DNA from: a virus
Lineage: Duplodnaviria > Caudoviricetes
IMG/VR virus record: IMGVR_UViG_3300029787_000032
Span: 1 to 62,121 of that record
Strand: one strand, 5' to 3'
Length of the DNA stretch: 62,121 nt
Within the stretch, counting starts at the first letter, position 1. Each line of letters opens with the position of its first letter. Position numbers and translations under genes: made by a program. The notes under the pieces were generated by a model, which saw only the letters and a program-made list of their open reading frames with translations, was not told the origin of the DNA and ran no database searches. Of this stretch, positions 45,131 through 55,734 are shown in pieces.

Positions 45131-48100
45131 GCTAAATCCTTTAAAAACTCATCGTCTCTAATAATTCTTTGCCTTAAATTACCAGAAGATAAACCCCCCA
45201 ATGGCTGTGTCATGCCAGTTACTTTCGCTGAAGGAGTATTTAACGGTGAACCGCCGGCCGTTGTCCCTTGCCCCTGTATCGCTGTTCTTTGAGCTATTCT
45301 TTCGTTTCTATTTTTTTCTTTATTTTTTATTATACCACGAACTTTGTCTAAAGATTGAAGTAAATCTACATTACGATACTGTCTTTCAATAGCCCTTGTT
45401 GTGCTTGTTGGAAACAATAATCTTCTAGAAATACCTCTATCTTTTGCAATTTTTTCAAAACGTTGATCATTAAAAAATGTCTCCCATTTTGGAGGAACAA
45501 AACGATCTCGTCTTAGTGTTTTTACAATATCTTTTCTTACTTTCCTTTGTTTAAAATATTTGTTTATATATTTTTTTTCAAAACCTAAAAGTTCTAAGTC
45601 ATTTAATATTTTTTTCATTTCATTATATTCTTTGTATGAACCTTCAACATACTCTTTGTACGCAGAAGCTACAGTATTTGGCGTAACATTTGCTGCAAAA
45701 ATTTGTGCTCCAGCTCTACTTTTTAAAGTTTGAATAGATCTAAGATGGTTGTTAATACTAAAATTTAAATTATTTTTCATGTCTGCTTCATACACTCGAA
45801 CTCCTGAAAGCAAAGCAATTAGCTCATCACTAAGATCATATTGTTTTCCGTATGGAGTAACATTCTTGGCAACTGCTTCAGAAACATTTGCAGCTTGAGT
45901 AAAAACTCCGGGAGAAATGCCTTTTAACATATGTGTAAACGAACGAACTATTATATCTCCCGCATCATCCACATTTTTGTCCCATATTCTTTTCCCTGTA
46001 TTTGTGGATCCTCTAAGAACATCTAAAGACCTTTCTGTAAAAATAGCCTCTCCTATAAAAGGTTGAAACAAAGAAGACACACTTTGCAAAGCGGATCTTA
46101 CGAATCTATCTTCGTGATCTAAACCCATTTTTCCTGTTGCACTGTACTCTCCAAAAAAATTATAAATAGGAGATCGAATATAGTCGTAAGGATTTTGGTA
46201 AGCAAAATTTAAATATTTGTATTTTACATTACCGTCTTTATCTTTTTGTTTACCAACCATAATAAGATCACTAAATTGATTCCATTCTGCAACTTGTGAT
46301 TCTCTCAAGGCTTCGTATTGTTCTTCTGTCATTCCTAACATTTTCATAGAGTATGTTGCTAATATTGGTCCAGAAGAATATCCTGCCATCTGACCTAATA
46401 ATCTTCTTGATCCCATTTTTCTAACCGCTGTGTTTAATACTTCGTTTTTCGTTGCAATACTTAATTCTCTTCCTGTTAACACAGCTAAATTACTAGACGT
46501 TCTTAGTATTTCAGCGGGGAAAGAAATAAAGTTTCCAATTGGAAGACGTCTTAGTTCTCTAATTGCTTGAGAAACATACGAGTAATTAGGGTATGTATTC
46601 TTTACATATTCTGCAGCAAACTCTTCCATCAGTTCTTTTCTAGCTTTATATTCTGTTCCTAAAGTACCAAATTTTTTTCCGCGTTCTGCTCCTTCTTTTA
46701 AAATATTTGGACGACGTTTAAATAAATGAACATGCGCCTCCTCTATAAGTTCTGCTATTTCTTTTTGTGTATAATTTTGTTTTGTTATTGGATTTAAAGA
46801 AGTTATATCAGGCAAAGCTTCATTTAATTGAGACATGGTGTACCTGTAGCCATAATCTTTCCAAAAATCATCACCCTTTGAATAAAATTGATTTGCTTTG
46901 TTGTATGTGCTTTTAGTAAAATCTGTTATATTCTGAACACTTTTTTCTGATGCGCCTCTTAAAGCTTTAAATTTTTTACTATTGTAGACAGAATTAAATA
47001 GCCCGTCAGTAGTCTTATAATTGCTTTTAGTTCTAGCAATGTCTAAAAGAATATCATCAATTTCTCCTTGAACCAAACTTCCTGATGTCACTCCTAATTC
47101 TAACTTTCTTCTGGCTTCTTGAGCCATTTTTTGAAGCCCTGCTTGATCAACAACACCTTTTGGAAATAATTCATCTATGTGAGTTTTTAATACGTCTGTT
47201 ATAGAAAACTCTCCTTTTCCAAAAGGATTTCCAAAATGACCATTATGTAAAGCAAAAAAAGCAGCTGAAGTAAAGTTACGAATCTGTGTAACAGGACTGA
47301 GTATAGTTTTACCTATTTGAGTTCCTCCTTTGGCCATTAAAAAACTTCTATAGAAAGGCATGGTCAAAAGAGTGTCTGTCATTTCTCTCATACCATTTAA
47401 ATTTTGAGCAATTTGTTCCGTAGTGTAAAAAGTTCCTCCTTGTTTTTGAGGATTTATTGCATCATAAATTCCAAACACATCTTCTTCTACAGCTTTTGTT
47501 CCTTTAAATTTGTTTGGTCCGGTCAAAACTAATTCTGGAACTTTTTCTATATCTAACCCATATTCTTTTGCCACTTGTCTTCTAAGATCTAATGACACTT
47601 CTGCCGTAGCTAAATCTTCCGTTATGCCTTTTTCTTTCATTAATGTTTTAGCATCTTTAGTTGGTTTAAAAAATATTTTTTCCATCCTGTTCGCAACAGC
47701 TTCTCCCAAAGATTTATTGTGATTAACTAAACTGTTAATATAACGTTTCATACCTAACTGTTGACCTAAAGCCATATACTTGTCTTCAAAACCTTTTAAA
47801 GGAGCAAATTCAGCGCCTAATAAATTTTTTAATCGTAAGGAGTATTTGTCTCCTTCTTTAAAAAATCTTTTGTTTATCATGTCTTTACTTATTGTAGAAA
47901 AATATTTTTCTGTTGCACCTTCTTTATCTCCAATTGCTTTCCTTATTCTTAATTCATGAAAAAAAGACCCTTCGCTTCTTTGGTTTTCTGCTAAAGTTAT
48001 TAATTGCCTTACTTGATTTTTTGCGTTTTCTCTTAAGACTTCATCACTTGTTTTAGTAAATTTTTTTCCTGAATTTTTTGCTTGTGTTTCAAGGTTTTTT

Positions 48101-49524
48101 TGCCTTGCTTTTAACACTTGAAAAGCTTCTTCTACAGCGGCTTTCTTTTTAATTTCAAATTCTTTTCCTGAAAATTTATACTTAACTCCTTTGTCAAAGG
48201 CAGCAAAATAATTTGCTGAGTCTCTTACTAACGTGGCTTCTATAGCTTCGTTTATTTCACTCTTTAATTTTTTTGTAGTTGCCTTGTTTAATTTTTTTTC
48301 TTTAAATGCAGCTAGAACAGACTTTGTTATTCTTGTTCTAATGTTTCTTACATTTTTTACAGCGTTTACAAAATTTTCTAACTCTTCCCCTTTAAGTCCT
48401 CTATCAATAAACATTTTTTCAAGTTCTTTTAAACGCAAAGCTCCTCCTTCTGCAGCGTCACCACTTAAAACTCTATTCACATCTTTAAGAACCGCTTGTT
48501 CCCGTGTAAGTGTAGTAGGGCCAGTTGTGTTTAAATTTATTTTAGAGGTGTTAGCTACAGCCTTTACTTGTTCTGATAGTTTCGGTAAAAATATATTTAA
48601 ATCACTTCTAATTGCTTTTAAAGCATCTGTTGCTCCCGCTAATCTAGATTGAACTTCTCTTGGATTTATGCCTTCAGGAGCTAAATAACGTCCAAGCATT
48701 GATCTAAATTTTTCGCCTAAAGTTTTTTCGTTTTCTGCAACAAATTTTAATTGTCTTATAGATAGTGGGGCTACTTTTTGTTTTGCAGTTTTAATATATC
48801 CCAATGTTTTTCTAGTCAAATCTCCTACTGCAGGTTTTGCAAGAATGTTCTGAAGAGGATTTATAACAAGAGGAGACACAATTTTTCCTGCACCAGACGC
48901 TCCTTTTGCTCCTAATTTAAATGTAGTTTTAATTGCAGGGCCAGCTGCAGTTGAAATAAGTCCTCCTAAAACTCCTCCTTCTATACCTGTCAATACTTTT
49001 TGTTTTAAAACTTCTTCTGCCTTTTCTCTTCCTTCCTTGCCTTCAACTTGAGTTTCATAGTCACTATAAAGACCAAAAGCTTCTCCTAATGTTGCATCTC
49101 TAGCTGATCCAGTAACAGAGTCCGCAATAACAGCAGGTGCTCCGTAATATCCCATTTTTCCAGCAATTCTAGATGCAGTGTTAGCTTTGGTTGCACTACC
49201 GAGATCGCGCATTTTTTTCATTGCTCCCATTTTACTACCAATCTTTAACGCTGCTCCGTAAGGAACTCCGTATTGAAGAGCAATTTCTACAAATTTACCA
49301 ACTCCGTCAGTAACATTAATTTTTGGGTAATTTTCTTCTAATGCAGTTACAAGGTTTGTGTCAGCAGCATAATCAACAAACCCCGCTCCTAACTCTAAAA
49401 TTGCTTCAGGTATTTTTAAAAGACCTGATGCTACTCCTAAACCTATATTTTCAAAAACATTAAACTCAGGACCTTTGGTCCCTTCTTCAGTGCCAAATAA
49501 ATAAAATCTGTCTTTCTTTGCCAT
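45127..49524 (-). CDS. Large internal virion (ejection) protein
   Basis: 1465 aa, helical; KT.LSP.TQIRN, GDDFWK, PIGNFISFPAEILRT; last gene of the ejection cluster. Confidence 0.75.
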   Translation of the reverse strand: MAKKDRFYLFGTEEGTKGPEFNVFENIGLGVASGLLKIPEAILELGAGFVDYAADTNLVTALEENYPKINVTDGVGKFVEIALQYGVPYGAALKIGSKMGAMKKMRDLGSATKANTASRIAGKMGYYGAPAVIADSVTGSARDATLGEAFGLYSDYETQVEGKEGREKAEEVLKQKVLTGIEGGVLGGLISTAAGPAIKTTFKLGAKGASGAGKIVSPLVINPLQNILAKPAVGDLTRKTLGYIKTAKQKVAPLSIRQLKFVAENEKTLGEKFRSMLGRYLAPEGINPREVQSRLAGATDALKAIRSDLNIFLPKLSEQVKAVANTSKINLNTTGPTTLTREQAVLKDVNRVLSGDAAEGGALRLKELEKMFIDRGLKGEELENFVNAVKNVRNIRTRITKSVLAAFKEKKLNKATTKKLKSEINEAIEATLVRDSANYFAAFDKGVKYKFSGKEFEIKKKAAVEEAFQVLKARQKNLETQAKNSGKKFTKTSDEVLRENAKNQVRQLITLAENQRSEGSFFHELRIRKAIGDKEGATEKYFSTISKDMINKRFFKEGDKYSLRLKNLLGAEFAPLKGFEDKYMALGQQLGMKRYINSLVNHNKSLGEAVANRMEKIFFKPTKDAKTLMKEKGITEDLATAEVSLDLRRQVAKEYGLDIEKVPELVLTGPNKFKGTKAVEEDVFGIYDAINPQKQGGTFYTTEQIAQNLNGMREMTDTLLTMPFYRSFLMAKGGTQIGKTILSPVTQIRNFTSAAFFALHNGHFGNPFGKGEFSITDVLKTHIDELFPKGVVDQAGLQKMAQEARRKLELGVTSGSLVQGEIDDILLDIARTKSNYKTTDGLFNSVYNSKKFKALRGASEKSVQNITDFTKSTYNKANQFYSKGDDFWKDYGYRYTMSQLNEALPDITSLNPITKQNYTQKEIAELIEEAHVHLFKRRPNILKEGAERGKKFGTLGTEYKARKELMEEFAAEYVKNTYPNYSYVSQAIRELRRLPIGNFISFPAEILRTSSNLAVLTGRELSIATKNEVLNTAVRKMGSRRLLGQMAGYSSGPILATYSMKMLGMTEEQYEALRESQVAEWNQFSDLIMVGKQKDKDGNVKYKYLNFAYQNPYDYIRSPIYNFFGEYSATGKMGLDHEDRFVRSALQSVSSLFQPFIGEAIFTERSLDVLRGSTNTGKRIWDKNVDDAGDIIVRSFTHMLKGISPGVFTQAANVSEAVAKNVTPYGKQYDLSDELIALLSGVRVYEADMKNNLNFSINNHLRSIQTLKSRAGAQIFAANVTPNTVASAYKEYVEGSYKEYNEMKKILNDLELLGFEKKYINKYFKQRKVRKDIVKTLRRDRFVPPKWETFFNDQRFEKIAKDRGISRRLLFPTSTTRAIERQYRNVDLLQSLDKVRGIIKNKEKNRNERIAQRTAIQGQGTTAGGSPLNTPSAKVTGMTQPLGGLSSGNLRQRIIRDDEFLKDLA

Positions 49525-51122
49525 TACAACATTCCATCTGTTGAGGCCTCATCTTCAGCAAGTGGCATAGTTACTTGAACATTATATTTTTGTTCAAATC
49601 TATTTAAATCTTCTATGGTTTGCGCTTCTGCTAAATCCATCAATGCTTCTGGACTGTTGACTAATAGTCTTACAACATCGTCGTTAATATAATCTGGTAA
49701 CTGAGCTCTTAATTCTTCAAACGTAATGGACTCTGTTTCGGTTTGCGCTGTTGGAGCAATTTGATTAGGAGCTGATAAAAGATCCGTTGTCGCTTGTCCT
49801 CCCACGTTTAAACCCACTCTACCTCCTTTAGCACTAGGTGTTCTGTCTGGCACAGCAAATGGGTTTGCAGTAACAGTGTCTGCCGTAATTGTTTTGTCAA
49901 GCAAACTATCAGAAGAGCCTCCAACAAGGCCTTTTGTTGCAACTTCAAATGCTTCTGCAAAACTTGCACCTTTGTTTTCACTTATATAGTCCGCTATTTG
50001 TTCCATAAGAACATCATTTCCCATAGCCTGTAAAATCATATTGTTTTCAAAATCAGTGGTTCCTGTTAAAAGCTCTAAAACTTTTTGTTGAGGAATACCT
50101 CTGTTAATAAAGTATTCTGCTAATTCAACTTGAGCTCCCGGTCTTTCAGGAGTTAGTCCTGTGTCGGCTCTAGTAGCATATCTATCGTAGACATCTTTAT
50201 CGTACTCAGCTTCCGTTGCATACAGTTCTTTCATAGGATCTTGAAAAGATTTTGCTAACATAGGAATTAAAGATTGTCCTCTTTGTACAGGATCTGCTGC
50301 TCCTATATTTATTAAAGATGTATTTAAAGCTTGTTTTTTTGCTTTCTCATCTATACCTAATTGTTCTCGAGCTCCAAGTATTTTGTTAATGTAGTCTTCT
50401 CTAAATTCATCTGTTGTCTGATCTCTTCCCATTAAACTGTCTCTATCAACAAGAGAAGTAAGTCCTGCATCAGTTTCACCACCGCCAACATCTTCACTAC
50501 CACCAACATCTTCACCACTTTCATCTAAAGTAGGTGGTATTTCTATTTTCGCTGTTAAATTACCTCCAGATTTTTCATTTAATTCTGTTTCTTGTTTTTT
50601 TATTTTTTCTGCAAAGTCTGTTAAATTTACTTTGACCCTACTGTTAATTGAATTTGTAATTGCTTTTAAAGCATTGTTTATAGTGTAGTCACCACCAAAA
50701 TTTTGTTGAACTACATCTATTGGAACAGAGTATTTATCAGAGATATCATTAAGAATTGTAGTGTTAAGTTCTTGCGCTATTATTTCCTGTTGTTCTTTTG
50801 GAAGAGAAAAAAAAGTTTCTTTTAAATTTCTATCATTTAATTCTTTATTTAATCTAAAATAATATTCTTTTGCCGCTAAACTTAAACTGTTAATATCAGC
50901 TGGATTTAACAGAAAAGGTTTATTTCTTCCTTTAAACAAAGATTCTTTAGCTTTTATAGTTTGCCCTTCTGCAACAGTCTGTGAAATTAGGTCCCCACCT
51001 TTATTCAATTTTACCCGTCCGCCGACCGCGAACTCTTGTCTTTCGACTAACCCAGAAGCTATTCCTGTACCATAATGATGATACGGCGTGTGTGTAAATA
51101 ATTTTCTATTAAAAACTGACAT
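49524..51122 (-). CDS. Internal virion (ejection) protein
   Basis: 532 aa, N-terminal NRKLF..GTGIASGL, two GG-R-V-x4-GG motifs, ELRAQLP..I.DDVV. Confidence 0.7.
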   Translation of the reverse strand: MSVFNRKLFTHTPYHHYGTGIASGLVERQEFAVGGRVKLNKGGDLISQTVAEGQTIKAKESLFKGRNKPFLLNPADINSLSLAAKEYYFRLNKELNDRNLKETFFSLPKEQQEIIAQELNTTILNDISDKYSVPIDVVQQNFGGDYTINNALKAITNSINSRVKVNLTDFAEKIKKQETELNEKSGGNLTAKIEIPPTLDESGEDVGGSEDVGGGETDAGLTSLVDRDSLMGRDQTTDEFREDYINKILGAREQLGIDEKAKKQALNTSLINIGAADPVQRGQSLIPMLAKSFQDPMKELYATEAEYDKDVYDRYATRADTGLTPERPGAQVELAEYFINRGIPQQKVLELLTGTTDFENNMILQAMGNDVLMEQIADYISENKGASFAEAFEVATKGLVGGSSDSLLDKTITADTVTANPFAVPDRTPSAKGGRVGLNVGGQATTDLLSAPNQIAPTAQTETESITFEELRAQLPDYINDDVVRLLVNSPEALMDLAEAQTIEDLNRFEQKYNVQVTMPLAEDEASTDGML

Positions 51123-51868
51123 TATCCCATTTGTCCTAAAGATCTTCCAATTCCAATGCCACCTATACCTCCTTGAAACACGTTAGGCATATTTGGTTGT
51201 TGGAACATAGGCATACCAAATGTTGCTTGCTGTAAGAAAGCAGCTTGATTCATAGGTAATTGATATGAGAGTCGTGCTCTTTCAGCATCATAGCCTCTTC
51301 TTGTTTGTCCTAAATTGAATAACGCGTTGACGTCTCCTAGTCTTTGTTGCTGCATTTGAGAACCAAGTCCAGCCATTAAACCTGATGCGTTTTGCGCTGC
51401 TTGTTGTGATTGTTGAAACCCTTGATTGTATAAATCACCAATGGTGTTTCTCATTGTATTCGCTTGTTCTCCTTTTAACGCTGCATCAAACACAGCTCCA
51501 CGAGTTCCAGACCCTGCAAATGATCCAGATTGAATAGCTCGTTGATCAGCTTGTGCTTGTTGTAAGCCAAATTGTTTGTTTAAATCAGTCATTGTGTTTT
51601 GAACCACGTTTTGAGTGTATGGGTTCATAAATGCAGAAGCTCCTTGAGGTCCCGCGTATTGAGCTGCTTTTTCAATATAAGGCATGTACGAGCCAAGACC
51701 TTGAGTTAATATTCCTGCCGCTCCTGATTGATACGGATCAAAGCCCGGAGACATTGCTCCAACATTAACAGGCCTACTTGCAAGATTAGATGCTTGACCG
51801 ATTGTTTTTTGATAAGCTTCTTGAAGAAACTTAGGCATGTTGGTGTAATCGCCAGCTGGTGTAGCCAT
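51122..51868 (-). CDS. DNA pilot/ejection protein
   Basis: Gln/Ala/Gly-rich, FMNPYTQNVV, GSFAGSGTR, C-terminal Gly-rich hydrophobic segment. Confidence 0.75.
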   Translation of the reverse strand: MATPAGDYTNMPKFLQEAYQKTIGQASNLASRPVNVGAMSPGFDPYQSGAAGILTQGLGSYMPYIEKAAQYAGPQGASAFMNPYTQNVVQNTMTDLNKQFGLQQAQADQRAIQSGSFAGSGTRGAVFDAALKGEQANTMRNTIGDLYNQGFQQSQQAAQNASGLMAGLGSQMQQQRLGDVNALFNLGQTRRGYDAERARLSYQLPMNQAAFLQQATFGMPMFQQPNMPNVFQGGIGGIGIGRSLGQMG

Positions 51869-51872
51869 AACT

Positions 51873-53114
51873 TTATCCTCTTCCTTGGTTTTCTAAACTG
51901 TGCATCATATTATACATACGTTTTGCACCTTCATTAATACTACCACCACCTGCTGCTCGTACAGCGTCAGCGGTCATTACAAATTCATTTTTCGCCAACA
52001 TTGCTGGCACATCATCTTTACGTTCTTTTGCTCCCATTGGAATAAAACCTCCACCTCTACCATCTAACTGTTGTCCTTGTGGCACCATTGATGTCTGTGG
52101 TATACTACCAAGTCCGCCCATATTATAGTTTGTTCGTGCTTCAATCATACCACCGTCTGCTTGATTTGTCCTTAGATATTGTTGCATTATGTGTAGCAAC
52201 ATTTTTCTTGTTTGTGCATCAGATGCTCCTAACATATCTGCAAGTTCCATTCTATGTTGTGGGTTTCGTACGTCATACATTCCGCCCGCAGATGAGTTCA
52301 TTATAGATAAGAATTCTCTGTTCAATTGATCGTAGCCGTCTGGAACAGCTGCCGCAGCTGTGTTTCTACCTCCTTCATCTTCATCTTCATCTCCAAATCC
52401 AAGTAAATCAGACAGTCCACCTAAAAATCCATGAACTCTGCCGCCATCTTGATAGACAGCTGCTGGATCATAATTTACACTGGCTAATGGGTTTTCTTGT
52501 TGTAGTTCTGCTAAAGATTTGTTAAAACCACTGCCTGCTATTTTTTTCTCCATGTCTTTTTTAGCAAAATAAGACTCTAGTGCTCCTGCACCGCCAAACA
52601 ATAGATCTTTCATTGTTATTCCAAGATTACCTTTTCCAAACAATATATCACTTAATCCGCCACCGCCCGGTCTTCCTTGACCATACTGTTTAATTTGTCT
52701 TCCATACTCATCGTACGCAACTGGAGGCTGTTCTCCAGTAAACCCTGTTTTCAATAGATTACCAAATTTACCGCCCTGACCTTGAATGTTTTTAAATATG
52801 CTTCCGATTCCTTGTCCTAAATTACTCCCTGCAATTTGACCTACGCCCGGAATGTTTTTTAATCCACCAACTAGTGCATCACTGATGCCCCCACCAAATT
52901 GAGGCATTCCCGCACCTTTGGCAAATGACCCTAGGCCGTAGGCTCCAAGCCCCGACATAGCTGCCTTCATTAAATTTCCTTCTCGAATTCCACCTGCAAC
53001 ACCCATCATGGCGCCAAGAGCTGGATTGAACATACCAACTATAGGAGCTAATCCTCCTACTTCTTTTGGTATAACTTTTTTAGCTATTTTCTTTAATGAT
53101 TTTCCAATACCCAT
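51873..53114 (-). CDS. Internal virion/ejection protein with membrane-active N-terminus
   Basis: KKIAKKV followed by Gly-rich hydrophobic helices; GG motifs; C-terminal DDVPAMLAKNEFVMTADAVR. Confidence 0.75.
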   Translation of the reverse strand: MGIGKSLKKIAKKVIPKEVGGLAPIVGMFNPALGAMMGVAGGIREGNLMKAAMSGLGAYGLGSFAKGAGMPQFGGGISDALVGGLKNIPGVGQIAGSNLGQGIGSIFKNIQGQGGKFGNLLKTGFTGEQPPVAYDEYGRQIKQYGQGRPGGGGLSDILFGKGNLGITMKDLLFGGAGALESYFAKKDMEKKIAGSGFNKSLAELQQENPLASVNYDPAAVYQDGGRVHGFLGGLSDLLGFGDEDEDEGGRNTAAAAVPDGYDQLNREFLSIMNSSAGGMYDVRNPQHRMELADMLGASDAQTRKMLLHIMQQYLRTNQADGGMIEARTNYNMGGLGSIPQTSMVPQGQQLDGRGGGFIPMGAKERKDDVPAMLAKNEFVMTADAVRAAGGGSINEGAKRMYNMMHSLENQGRG

Positions 53115-53117
53115 AAA

Positions 53118-53801
53118 TTAACTCGCTGCATAGAGTGGCATGTAGTATGTTGTACCACCTTGTTTAACTTTTATATATCTTGAAATTGAACCAACAGAGC
53201 CAGTCTCTACGCTACTACCTGATCCTGCTGTACCATCAAAATCAATAAACGGTGCATCGGTATCATCTTGATCCAATGTAAGGCAGGGATTGCCACTTGA
53301 CCCTGAGTATTGTAACTTAGCGGCAGTACCGGAAGCGTTGACAGTTAGACCTGACAAGGTTCCTACACTAGTTATAGCAGTCTGCGCTGCTGTGGTCAAC
53401 GTTAAATCAGACACATATGTCTTAATTCTTGACGCTGTAACCTTCTTATTATCACTGTTAGCGTATGTTTCTGTGCCTAGATTTAAGTCTAACATAAAGA
53501 ATACATCATTATTGTTAATAGCGTCACCTTGAGTTGTAGCTCCAGCAAGGTCTAATTTTGTTATATCTATATCAGCAACTGAGCTTACTTGAGCGTTAGC
53601 TACTGTTGCTGAACCAATTGCTGGTGCTTCAAAACCAGTGTCAAGGTCTAAGTCTTCTGTTGCTACAGCACGATCTATTTCAAGAATGTTTTGCTCAATT
53701 ACACTTGTAAGAAGATTTATATGCTCACCTAAGACATCCGTTGTCGGTTGGCCGTTAAGCGCTGTAAATCGTGGTAATGATCTAAATCGTGATCCTGACA
53801 T
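53118..53801 (-). CDS. Tail needle/short fibre-like protein
   Basis: TAAQTAITSVGTLSGLTV motif shared with the 3030..5894 fibre; C-terminal YIKV....YYMPLY. Confidence 0.6.
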   Translation of the reverse strand: MSGSRFRSLPRFTALNGQPTTDVLGEHINLLTSVIEQNILEIDRAVATEDLDLDTGFEAPAIGSATVANAQVSSVADIDITKLDLAGATTQGDAINNNDVFFMLDLNLGTETYANSDNKKVTASRIKTYVSDLTLTTAAQTAITSVGTLSGLTVNASGTAAKLQYSGSSGNPCLTLDQDDTDAPFIDFDGTAGSGSSVETGSVGSISRYIKVKQGGTTYYMPLYAAS

Positions 53802-55303
53802 TATCGTTTACCATCAGGTTGAATGTTTAAACGAATGTCACCAAGTCTCCAGTGTGAACTAGTTGCGTTACTTGATAAGATAACAGACATCTGTCGTCCA
53901 CGTGCTCTGATACTTGCAAACTCAGTTGTCGTTGCTAATGTTTCAGTTGCTTCTGTTATTTGAGAAGCATTTGGATATATTCTAAATTTTAAATTCATAC
54001 TGACTGAACCAACTTGATCATCAAAGTCTGGTATAACTTTGTCTACAAACATAATATCGTCACCGTCTTGAATGTCCATTTCTCCAGACGTCAACGTACA
54101 AGACATAGCAGATGATTCATCGTCTGTGCCAAACTCGTGTTTGTAAATGTATGAAGACGTTGCAGCAACTGAACTTGCGATAGGATTATCGTAAATACCT
54201 TCAGGTGCCCACGCTCCTCTGACTAATGACCCGATAGACCATACTCGTTCTTTATAGTTGTAGATGACGTATTTATTTATATCTTCAGCGTCGTCATTAG
54301 TTCCCGCTGGATAAAACCACCATACTTCATTAAACTTAGGATTAATGCCAGCAAAACATTTTATCTTTTGTTGTTTGGTTAGATTATCAAATACATGACG
54401 TTCTACTGAACAAGGTATCTGTTGTACACCACCTGCATATTGATAGAAGCCATCATTGCCCATCCAAAACACTGTGCCGTTAAACTCGGCTGCTGCCTGC
54501 GGCCCAACAATACCTGCATTTTCTGCAACTTGTTGAAATGCAAACACATCAGGTTGTCCAACAAATGTCATGGTAAATACTGACGTATCAGAAAACAAAA
54601 GAATAGCTCCTCTTGTTCGTATGCCACCAAGAAGTAAGTTACCTCCAGTTAAGACTTGTGCGCCTGCAAAGTTAGAAGTAGCAGGAACAAAATCTGTAAT
54701 GTCTTGAAGATCAGAAAACGCTACGTTCATCGGGTTTGCTGCTGTACCGTCATGTGCTCCATACAGCACTACTTGTCTTGATGCAGAATTTACAATCACG
54801 CCATTTGCAGAAGCTGGAACTCCTGTAGTTGTTTCTGTAACAGCATTGGTTGCTGCGTTTGATTGAAAAGCACTTGTATCTAATCTTACAAGTCGTCCAC
54901 CAATACCGTTGACGCCAATTAAATCTTCACCAAACATATCCAATGTCCATACAGTATTGTATGTGTATGCTCCTGAACTGATCGTTGTGTGTTGTGCACC
55001 AGCTGTGTAGTTTGAAGCGGGTGTAATATCTACATAGCTGCCCGCACCATCATCATATAAATAAAGATGACTGTGTGTGCCGATGCCAATATAACGTTTT
55101 GAGTTGTTGGCACGAAATGGAAGCAGTGCTCGAACCACTCCACTTGCAATATTGTCAGTGTCTAGTTTTGCCCAACCACCTATTTTTTCTGGTCTATTCT
55201 GTAAGAATCTAATTTTATCTGCATCGATATACCTGCCTTCTTGAGAGTAAGCGCTCTCATCTTTAAATATTCCCGGAGCTATTTCTAGTTTTGATAAAGG
55301 CAT
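53801..55303 (-). CDS. Tail nozzle / DNA stabilisation protein (P22 gp10-like)
   Basis: PGI, KIRF..RPEKIGGW, FWMG..GFY, FNEVWWFYP, WRLG.IR..IQPDGKR. Confidence 0.8.
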   Translation of the reverse strand: MPLSKLEIAPGIFKDESAYSQEGRYIDADKIRFLQNRPEKIGGWAKLDTDNIASGVVRALLPFRANNSKRYIGIGTHSHLYLYDDGAGSYVDITPASNYTAGAQHTTISSGAYTYNTVWTLDMFGEDLIGVNGIGGRLVRLDTSAFQSNAATNAVTETTTGVPASANGVIVNSASRQVVLYGAHDGTAANPMNVAFSDLQDITDFVPATSNFAGAQVLTGGNLLLGGIRTRGAILLFSDTSVFTMTFVGQPDVFAFQQVAENAGIVGPQAAAEFNGTVFWMGNDGFYQYAGGVQQIPCSVERHVFDNLTKQQKIKCFAGINPKFNEVWWFYPAGTNDDAEDINKYVIYNYKERVWSIGSLVRGAWAPEGIYDNPIASSVAATSSYIYKHEFGTDDESSAMSCTLTSGEMDIQDGDDIMFVDKVIPDFDDQVGSVSMNLKFRIYPNASQITEATETLATTTEFASIRARGRQMSVILSSNATSSHWRLGDIRLNIQPDGKR

Positions 55304-55725
55304 TAGCTTACCCTTATTAAGGCTGTTGTCGCTGACGCTGTTGGTAATGTTATTGTTAATGTGCCACTAGATACTGACTTTGTAGAGCCAAAATCTATGA
55401 CTGCTATAGCTCTATTACTAGCAGATGAATTGTATATCAAAGCTCCTGCAGCATCACTGATTGTTGCACTTGTAAAAGACACATTGTCAAAATCAACAAA
55501 AGCCGTAGTGCCTGATAAGGATACAGCAACGTTTGCAAGTGTTGCACCGCCTGCTGTGTACCCTGTGCCACTTGATTCGTTTGTTGTAGAATATGCTGTA
55601 GTCGTTGCACCAAGTGTAGCACTTGACGTAAATAATGCCATCTTTAATGTATGCCCATCAAGGTCATGTAGACCTTGTAGAAGTTCTTGTTTGAATGAAT
55701 TACATAGTGCTTGTGTTATTGCCAT
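55303..55725 (-). CDS. Conserved virion structural protein
   Basis: MAITQALCNSFKQELL, NE.SGTGYTAGG, GALIYN, V.DFG. Confidence 0.75.
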   Translation of the reverse strand: MAITQALCNSFKQELLQGLHDLDGHTLKMALFTSSATLGATTTAYSTTNESSGTGYTAGGATLANVAVSLSGTTAFVDFDNVSFTSATISDAAGALIYNSSASNRAIAVIDFGSTKSVSSGTLTITLPTASATTALIRVS

Positions 55726-55734
55726 AATATCTCC

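Noticed and set aside
45127-49524. Virion RNA polymerase or lytic transglycosylase domain
   Set aside because: No DxDGD/DFDGD, T7-type or SLT motifs recognised by eye; a structure search is still worthwhile.
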